IMG/VR virus record: IMGVR_UViG_3300019927_000008
Span: 2,888-66,887 of that record
Strand: one strand, 5' to 3'
DNA length: 64,000 bases
Source of the DNA: a virus
The position numbers and the translations under genes are program-made. Under the pieces are notes generated by a model. The model was not told the origin of the DNA and searched no databases. It saw only the letters and a program-made list of their open reading frames with translations. This document shows positions 57,016 to 64,000 of the stretch, piece after piece (the stretch's first letter is position 1; each line of letters starts with the position of its first letter).

Positions 57016-59856
57016 CTACTGATTTGAGAGGGTTTCACGTAGCTCTTCGCCGCTCTTCTTTGCCGGGTCGATCCCGAGATCGTGGAAGCCGAGGTACAAC
57101 TGCGCCTTCTTGTCGTCCAACGACGAAGGCATCATGTCGTAGATTTTGCTACCGTCTTCCCACTTCGGAGTGCTGTCCATCAGCTTGTACGTCGAGAGGG
57201 AACCGGAGAGTTTGTACCACTTCGAAGGGTTACGACGTTCGTACTTGCTCCGACTAAGCCGAAGGCAAGTGAAGTTCGGACGCCGAAGACTCTCTCCGTT
57301 ACGACTCAAGTAATTGAAGACCCATTGCGCTCGGTCCAAGACCTCCTTTCCAGCGACGGCGTAGAGGGTGTCTCGCTTCTCCGCTTCGTCAACATCGCTC
57401 GGATCATCGTCGCTGTGATAACCACCATCGTAGTTATCGAGGACTTTCAGCCAGTCGATCTGATCCCGAACGTCGTCGAGAACACGTTCTCGAACCCCTT
57501 CCATGTCGTCACCGAGGAGCTTCGTCGAAGTCGCGTGACCCCTTACTTTAGGCTGGTAGGTCAGAACCACCAACCGATCATCCGTCACCAACTCTTCGGG
57601 CGTCATCGCTCCGTCTTCGGTGGCGATCAGAGTGGACCGTGACCACTCTTTGTATTCCTCGATGGTGACGACGTTATCGACTCCTTCGAACTGCTCACGC
57701 TCTTTCTTGCTGACGCAAGCGATGGCGGCGTAGTCAGCCATGCCGTAGTGATCGCTGATGTTAGGCCCCTTGCCCTTCCCGAAGAGAATCAGCTTGTCGT
57801 GACCACCGATCCGCTTCCCTTTGTTGAGTCGATCTCGAACCCGCTTGATCGAGGTTCGCTGGTCGATGGAAGACGAATCTCCGTCGCTTCGAATCTTGAG
57901 GTTTCGTTCCTCGACCTTCTCGGCCTTCGACTTTCGACCGAACTTCTTGCCCTTCTCAACACGATCCCGGTGAATGGAGTCAGGAACGTCGTAGTCGTGA
58001 TCGTCGTCCTGCTTCAGCGGGACATTCTTCAGCTTCTTGAAGCCGAAGTTCTCTTTGAACGGAGTGTACTTCGAAGAAGACACCACGATGATTTCTACGT
58101 CATCATGGGTGTTCTTCGCAACCTTCCAGTATTTCGTGAAGTTCCCTCCGGTTGAAGCCGCCATGTAGACTTCTCCGGGGTCGTTCTTCAGAAGCTCACC
58201 GAGCATCATCTCCCGTCGCCGTCGCTTCTTCGTCGAAGAAGACGCGCTTCGATGACAATGCTCGATCTTATTGAACAGCCCGTAAAGCTGATCGAGACTT
58301 TCGTCGTCGAAGTCCGGAAGTTCATCTCGCTGGTTCATGAAGCCCTCGAACTTCCGACGCTTCTTGAGAACACGACGATGGCCGTGGTAGTTGACCATCT
58401 TCTTGAAGAGGTTCCAGTCTTCGGGCTTGCCTCGAATAGCTTCAGCGGGATGGTCAGCCTCTTCCATCCGCTCTGCGATCTTGCTGACCTTGCTCACTTC
58501 TTTGGACTTCACCGTTTCCTGAACGTGAGCGAAGAACCGCTTCGTCTCCGAAGACTTCTTGAGTCGGTCCCGGTCCCCGGTGGGTTGAGGCATCGGAACG
58601 TCGTCGTCGTGAAGTTTGGCGATCTGATCTTCGTGCTTCGTCGTTCGGTACACCTTGTTGTTGTAGTGGTAGAAGCCACGGTGGGGACCGGCGACGATCC
58701 GACTCTGTTCGTCGTGAAGCTGAATCGCACAGTCCCAAAACGTCTTGATGTTGTACCGGGTGTTTCGGTCGATGGCGATGGAGACGAGGAAGGTGTCTTC
58801 ATCATCGCTACTTCCGTATCCCGAAGTGTCTATCACATCAGGACCGGCAACCACCGAAAACTCACCGGGGCGATCCACCACTACTTCAGGATCGTCGTAG
58901 CTCTCGATGAAGTTCGAGGCTTCATACTCTTCTTCGACCGGGGTAGCTCCGGCATCGTGTTCCCGGTACAGCACCGGGATACGAAGCTGTTCGGTGTAGT
59001 CTTCGATCCAACTCTGAAGGTTGGATAGGTCGAAGCTATCCTGAACAGGGAGCTTGAAGCGAGTCCCGAAGAACCCATCTTCGACTTCACCGGGAAGGGC
59101 GTTGGCTCCGCCGAGGTAGCTGTAAGCCCGGAAGCCTTCTCTGGTTCCGCCGTTTTCGCTTGGCTGGATGCTCCGAGTCTCTACTTCCATCCCGCCATCC
59201 TTTCCGTGAACCAGAGCCGACGACTCGGAACCGACACCGAACATCCCGCCGGTTTCTTCGTCGTCACCATTGCCACCTTGGAAGATTGTGTTGAAGTCTC
59301 CCGCAAATTCGACGGGAGTCATGCCGATCCCGTTGTCTTCGGTGATGATCCGCCGAGCGTCGAGGAACACATCGAAGGTGATCGTCGGATCGTAACCGAG
59401 GGTTCTGGCCGCCTCAACCACCTCACTAATGGGTCGAGGGACTTCCATGACTCGAACGTCAGAGGGATTATCCATGTCGTCTTTCGACGCCACGGTTTCT
59501 CCGGTTTCAGCATCGACGAACTTCGTGATGGTGAGCCACCCTTCGGGGTACTCCGGGGAGTGCCGGATCAGGTCTTTACAGCGTCGAATACAGGCCGTCT
59601 CGTGGTTCTGGAGCCATTCCCGAGGCCATGCCTTGTCGCTTTCGTAGATGAAGTCCGAGAGAAATTCTCCTGCTCCCTTCGCTGACTGCGTTTCGAGAGC
59701 CGACCGTCCGATCTCCTGAACGAGCTGATGATCCTCACCAACCGCTCCGATGTCCTTCACTTGAGTCGAACCCCACGACTTCGACTCGTCGATAACCGGG
59801 GCTTCAGTTTCCGCTTCTTTCTGCTCCATCGTCGTAAGTTCGGTGTTGTCACTCAT
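57016..59856 (-). CDS. Large GHKL (Hsp90/MORC-like) ATPase, rIIA-like architecture
   Basis: REWLQN, EDNGIGM, GMFGVG and GTRF Bergerat-fold motifs in the N-terminal third; 946 aa. Confidence 0.8.
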   Translation of the reverse strand: MSDNTELTTMEQKEAETEAPVIDESKSWGSTQVKDIGAVGEDHQLVQEIGRSALETQSAKGAGEFLSDFIYESDKAWPREWLQNHETACIRRCKDLIRHSPEYPEGWLTITKFVDAETGETVASKDDMDNPSDVRVMEVPRPISEVVEAARTLGYDPTITFDVFLDARRIITEDNGIGMTPVEFAGDFNTIFQGGNGDDEETGGMFGVGSESSALVHGKDGGMEVETRSIQPSENGGTREGFRAYSYLGGANALPGEVEDGFFGTRFKLPVQDSFDLSNLQSWIEDYTEQLRIPVLYREHDAGATPVEEEYEASNFIESYDDPEVVVDRPGEFSVVAGPDVIDTSGYGSSDDEDTFLVSIAIDRNTRYNIKTFWDCAIQLHDEQSRIVAGPHRGFYHYNNKVYRTTKHEDQIAKLHDDDVPMPQPTGDRDRLKKSSETKRFFAHVQETVKSKEVSKVSKIAERMEEADHPAEAIRGKPEDWNLFKKMVNYHGHRRVLKKRRKFEGFMNQRDELPDFDDESLDQLYGLFNKIEHCHRSASSSTKKRRRREMMLGELLKNDPGEVYMAASTGGNFTKYWKVAKNTHDDVEIIVVSSSKYTPFKENFGFKKLKNVPLKQDDDHDYDVPDSIHRDRVEKGKKFGRKSKAEKVEERNLKIRSDGDSSSIDQRTSIKRVRDRLNKGKRIGGHDKLILFGKGKGPNISDHYGMADYAAIACVSKKEREQFEGVDNVVTIEEYKEWSRSTLIATEDGAMTPEELVTDDRLVVLTYQPKVRGHATSTKLLGDDMEGVRERVLDDVRDQIDWLKVLDNYDGGYHSDDDPSDVDEAEKRDTLYAVAGKEVLDRAQWVFNYLSRNGESLRRPNFTCLRLSRSKYERRNPSKWYKLSGSLSTYKLMDSTPKWEDGSKIYDMMPSSLDDKKAQLYLGFHDLGIDPAKKSGEELRETLSNQ

Positions 59857-60053
59857 TTTCGTAGAGGGGGGTAACGTCGATTGCTTTCACGCCATCCATT
59901 CCTTCGAACCGCTCATCGGGGTGTTCAAAAGTGACACTCCAATGGGGATCGAACGCCGGTGATTGCTTACTCCAATCAGGATTATCCGGAACGACCTGAT
60001 AGACGTAGGCAACTGGTTCTTTGTCTTTCATTCGAGATTAGTCCCTAAGTCAT

Positions 60054-60114
60054 GGGCATCATCAGGGGAAGGGCGACTAACTCCCTCCCAACAGGGACGA
60101 TCCCTGTTTCACCC
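60054..60114 (-). ncRNA. Type II hammerhead ribozyme HHR3
   Basis: GGGU-GAAA-C[AGGGA/UCCCU]GUU^[GGGAGGG/CCUUCCC]-CUGAUGA-U-GCCC; loop AGUC pairs with tail GACU; starts right after the promoter at 60115-60145. Confidence 0.9.
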
Positions 60115-60145
60115 TAAGACTCTACTCCTAAGAACTTGAGTCTTT
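60115..60145 (-). promoter_or_regulatory. Bipartite viral promoter
   Basis: AAAGACT-N17-AGTCTTA. Confidence 0.7.
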
Positions 60146-62676
60146 CTAATAGAATAGAGTCTTAACCCAAGCGATAACCCTGTCTTTCAACCCCGCGCCC
60201 TTCTCGCTGTTACCGCTACAGTTAGAATTAGGGTTAACCCCTGTAGGGTCAACACTATAGGGAACACCCTCTGACTGTTCTTCCTCTTCTTCATCATCAT
60301 CGACGAGGAAACGCGACGTGTCCCCTTCGAGAAGCTTCGAAGTTCCTTCGACTGTCGCTTGTTCTTCATCCGGTTCATCCTCGGGAAGGTCGGGGTCGAT
60401 GAAATCGTAATCCTTCATGAATCAAGTCCGTAGTCGATGGAGTTGTTGTTGGTTATCATCCACTCTGTTCCAGATGGGAAGAAGCCCTTATCTTCTCCAT
60501 CGAAAGCGAAGTGACCTTTCACCACTTCACCATCTTCCCAACAGACAGCGAAGCTCCATCCTTCGTGGTAGATGAAACCCACTTCGTCACCATGTTCGTA
60601 GTCTTCTCTTGCAGTTATTCGGTACAGAACTTCGGCGTCTTCTGCCCTCAATGCCGCCTCGAATCTGTCAATCGGTTCGTTGTCGAAGGGATTACTCATG
60701 TCGGAACCAAATCCTGTTACCCTGTTGGTAGTCTTCTTCCCACCCCAACTGCTCCATCTCTCTTCGGAGATGCTTCACGTCAGTCTCTCGAACCTCCAAC
60801 ACGGCTGTTTCAAGCCCGTTGGAACTGTTGTAACGTTTCACCACCAACGCTCCGCTGATGAAGTCTCCGACGCTGACATCCTGTGCTTCGAGCATCATTC
60901 TACGAACCTCCGGAGAACTTCATCATCAGCGAGAGCCATGATCGACCATGCTTCGGGGTACTCTTCTCGAAGCTCCATCACTTTCTTTGCACATTCTTCA
61001 GCTTCTTCGAGAGTGAAATCACCATCTTCGAGATGCTGTTTCATCTGAAGAGCAACGAGACTCATTCTTCACCTCCAAGGGGTTCGAAGCCAGCGATCTG
61101 ATGCGTCGGGGAAGTGTAGGTACTGTTGATCGTTGCCTCACGTTCATCGTTACCGTAAGCGTTGTACCGAATGTAGAGTGACTCTTCACCCATACTTCGG
61201 TTCTCGAACATCCCCTTTCCGTTGTCTTCGTAGTAGGTCAGCCGAAGGCTCTCCCCTTGTTCGAGGATGTAGGACCGAAGAGCCATCATGAGGGTTCGAG
61301 CTTCACAGGAAGTGAGGTAGAAGCTCCGAACTTTGTCGTGATCTCCGACGAGGTTGTTAGCGATGAAGCGAACGTCTTCGATGGTGGTCTTCACTCGAAC
61401 GTTGGGATACCCTTCGCTGACTGTCCGGTAGATGTGAAGCCGTCGTTCTTCGGGGACCGGGATCATGTGAAGGTACTCCTCGAAGGGGGAGTTGTTGGTG
61501 TCGTAGTTCAGAAGCTCCATCAGGCCGACTTCTTCGGTGACGGTGAAGCCGTATTCGTCCTGAAAGACACCGAACGTTTCGTCTTCATCAGTTTCGATCT
61601 GTTCCGTCGTCTGCGAGAGGGTTGCTTGGGTTGTCATAGTCGGTTAAGGACTGCCGAGTCGATTTCGTGTTGATCCGGTACGATTCTCGTCGCCGCTTCG
61701 AAGACATCGGACGCTTCACCAGTCTTCTGAACGCGGATTTCTTTCATGTCGCTCTGTTCGTTGCGCCGGTATCGGATGACTACTTCATACATTGTAAGTC
61801 TCCTATCCCCCCACTAAGAGACTTAAGCGGGAAGGTCGGGGCGTCTACGCCGTTCGTAGTTCTCGTTGAGATCACGAAGGGTCATTGTGGTAGTGTACCA
61901 CGGAACTTCGCCCCGTTCGATCCGCACTTTCACCTTCTCGTCACCATCCCTCGGAACTACCACTTCACCGAGAGGGAGCTGTTTGTCGATCACTTCGAGG
62001 CCTTCGATGGTAGCGATTTCATCGCTATCTTTGCTTTCCCATGTGTTGCCGATCTCCAGTTTCATTCAGCACCACCTCTGAACTCTTCGGTGGTTGCATC
62101 ACCGGGAGGGTTGATGCAGTTCTGCCTTCCTCGTTCGAAGGCTCGATGGAAGTCTCGGGCTACTCTGTCCGAAACATGATCGTTGTTCGAAGCGAGGTAC
62201 GTCCAGTTTCCTAAGATGTAGAGGAAGTGAGTTGAGTCTTCCTTCGCTCGCTGTCTCGAAGCTCGAATGACTTCTTCCAGAACGAGGTCCATCTCGATGG
62301 TGGCTTTGTTGAGATCAGGGAAGAACGACCCTTCTCTCATCTCTATCTCTTCCGGAATCTCGATGGTTTCCAGCCAATGACCGTGAAGCCAAGCCTCTAC
62401 GTTGATGATGCTGGCTTCGAGGTCTTCGTTGAAGGTCATCTCCGTCTTGGCGAAGCTCATCATCTTCCCATCGTAGGCATCCCTTCGGGGAAGCTCTTCG
62501 CAGGGAACGTCCTTTTTGATCTCTCCCGGTACGAAGTACCTCACTCGGCTTCGGAAGGATTCGAAGTCGTGATCGTCTTCGGTGAGGTAGTCAGGAAGGT
62601 CGCCGCCGTCCGTCATGATTCGCTGGTTGTTCATCAGTTCGTCCTTCGCCGCTTCGAGGGTTCCTTTGTCGAACAT
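60146..62676 (-). other. Cluster of small acidic accessory ORFs
   Basis: Coupled chain: 60146-60418, 60415-60699, 60692-60898, 61062-61637, 61823-62065, 62062-62676. Confidence 0.6.
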
Positions 62677-62678
62677 GG

Positions 62679-63296
62679 TTACAGGTTCTCCGAATACAGC
62701 TTCGCTTTACAGCACTTCGACCGATACTGCTCGGGGTTTCTCGTCGTTTTACACTCCCGATACCGACCACCGATCATCTCTTCGCACTCCGAACAGAACA
62801 GGCCGATTTCGTAGTCTGTGAACTTCTGGCAATGAACTTCACATCCCAACTTGTCGGCCATTCGTTTGAAGCCGAAGCCGTGATCGCCGGTCCCTTTGTC
62901 TTGGTACTGGACGATGTGGATTAGTTCATGGCGGATGGTGCTTTGCATCTGATCGTTCCATCCCCACTTATCGTAAGCTCCCATCGCAAAGCGCATCATG
63001 AAGTCGGTCGGCATCCGACTCGGAGCTTTGCCAGCCTTTCCAGCCGTTCGAACCATCTTTCCCGACACTTCGATGGTGACGTTGCTAAGGTCAACGTCGT
63101 TCAGAGTGTCGTAGTGTTGAACAGCCCACTTTGAATACTCTTCACAGGCATCTCGGAACTGTCGTTGACTCATGTCATCACCGAAGGTCGGCGCACCTTC
63201 TGGCTCTTCGTGGGTATCTTCCGAAAGGGTTTCATCGAGAAGTTCTTCGTCGGATTTACCATCTCCTTCGAAGTCAATATCGAAGTCGAAGCTCAT
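62679..63296 (-). CDS. SprT-like zinc metalloprotease
   Basis: RTAGKA, TIRHELIH, GDHGFGF and C-terminal CxxC...C motifs. Confidence 0.8.
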   Translation of the reverse strand: MSFDFDIDFEGDGKSDEELLDETLSEDTHEEPEGAPTFGDDMSQRQFRDACEEYSKWAVQHYDTLNDVDLSNVTIEVSGKMVRTAGKAGKAPSRMPTDFMMRFAMGAYDKWGWNDQMQSTIRHELIHIVQYQDKGTGDHGFGFKRMADKLGCEVHCQKFTDYEIGLFCSECEEMIGGRYRECKTTRNPEQYRSKCCKAKLYSENL

Positions 63297-63884
63297 CAGA
63301 TACCCTCGGGGATTCCGTCTCGGTCGAAGCCAGTTCCTTCGTTTCGATCCTTCGCTTCGTGATCGTCGCTCGGTTCGGGGTAGCTCACTTCGCCATGACG
63401 CCGAGCCTTTGTCGCCGCCGTCGTTCCATGTCGCTGAACTGTGTCTACTTCGTACTTCCAGTAGTCACCGTTGTTCGAAGGGTCTTCACTCATCGTTGAT
63501 CTTACCTCCCCACTTCGTGTTTTCTCGCTTCTCTTCGAGCCGTTGCTGTTCCTTCTGCTTTTCGTGTTCTTCGATACGTTCTTCGATCTCTTCGCTGTTG
63601 TCGATGTTGTCTTTCAGAGTCATGCTTCGTACCTCGTCGATCCGACTTCTGCCTCGAAGCCCGGTTCCGAAGCAGGGTCTTTTCCACCGAAGCCGGTGTT
63701 AGTGCAGGACAGCTCCTTCTGCACTTCGAAGTCAGGATTCGCTTCGTCTCGGTCGTCGATGATTCGACTTGCGTCTTCCATCTCGATTTCTCGTTCCATG
63801 GTCGAAGTGGGAAGCTGATCTTCCCGAAGGCCGAAGCCAGCCATGACGCTGATGGAACCCCGAAGGTTCACTTCGGCTACGTCC

Positions 63885-63915
63885 TAAGCCTCAAAGCCCT
63901 TCGACTTGAGTCTTA
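63885..63915 (-). promoter_or_regulatory. Bipartite viral promoter
   Basis: TAAGACT-N17-AGGCTTA. Confidence 0.7.
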
Positions 63916-64000
63916 CGCCAAGTCGAGGGACTTCACAGCCTCTTCGTAGGAGTCGAAGTCGCCCTTCTTGTCGGTTCGGAACTGAACGGCGTCCTTCTCG

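Overview
The window is most of the genome of a tailed haloarchaeal virus with myovirus morphology (acidic proteome, contractile sheath, baseplate), in non-integrated form. It opens inside the terminase large subunit. 1-21.5 kb (+) holds packaging, head, contractile tail, baseplate and adhesin genes. 21.5-43.7 kb (mostly -) holds ThyX, PolB, a kinase, a Cas4-like nuclease, nucleotide-salvage genes, primase, a P-loop NTPase and a 2.4 kb structured-RNA array. 43.7-47.5 kb holds a Zn-finger protein, a LAGLIDADG-like protein, an iteron-like region, an ERCC4 nuclease, a tyrosine integrase and an attP matching a tRNA 3' end. 47.5-64 kb (-) holds small accessory genes, a DinG/XPD helicase, an OGG-like glycosylase, a GHKL ATPase and a SprT-like protease. 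The main signal is non-coding. A 31-bp pseudo-palindromic promoter (WAAGACT-N17-ADTCTTA) recurs about 16 times, and many transcripts carry an RNA-processing device. These are three type II hammerhead ribozymes with pseudoknots, three anticodon-less mini-tRNAs, one canonical bulge-helix-bulge motif and five tRNA-shaped RNAs with non-canonical anticodon arms, beside only two normal tRNAs (Gln-UUG, Thr-UGU). All structures were folded by eye, no database searches were run, and protein family calls rest on remembered motifs and synteny.
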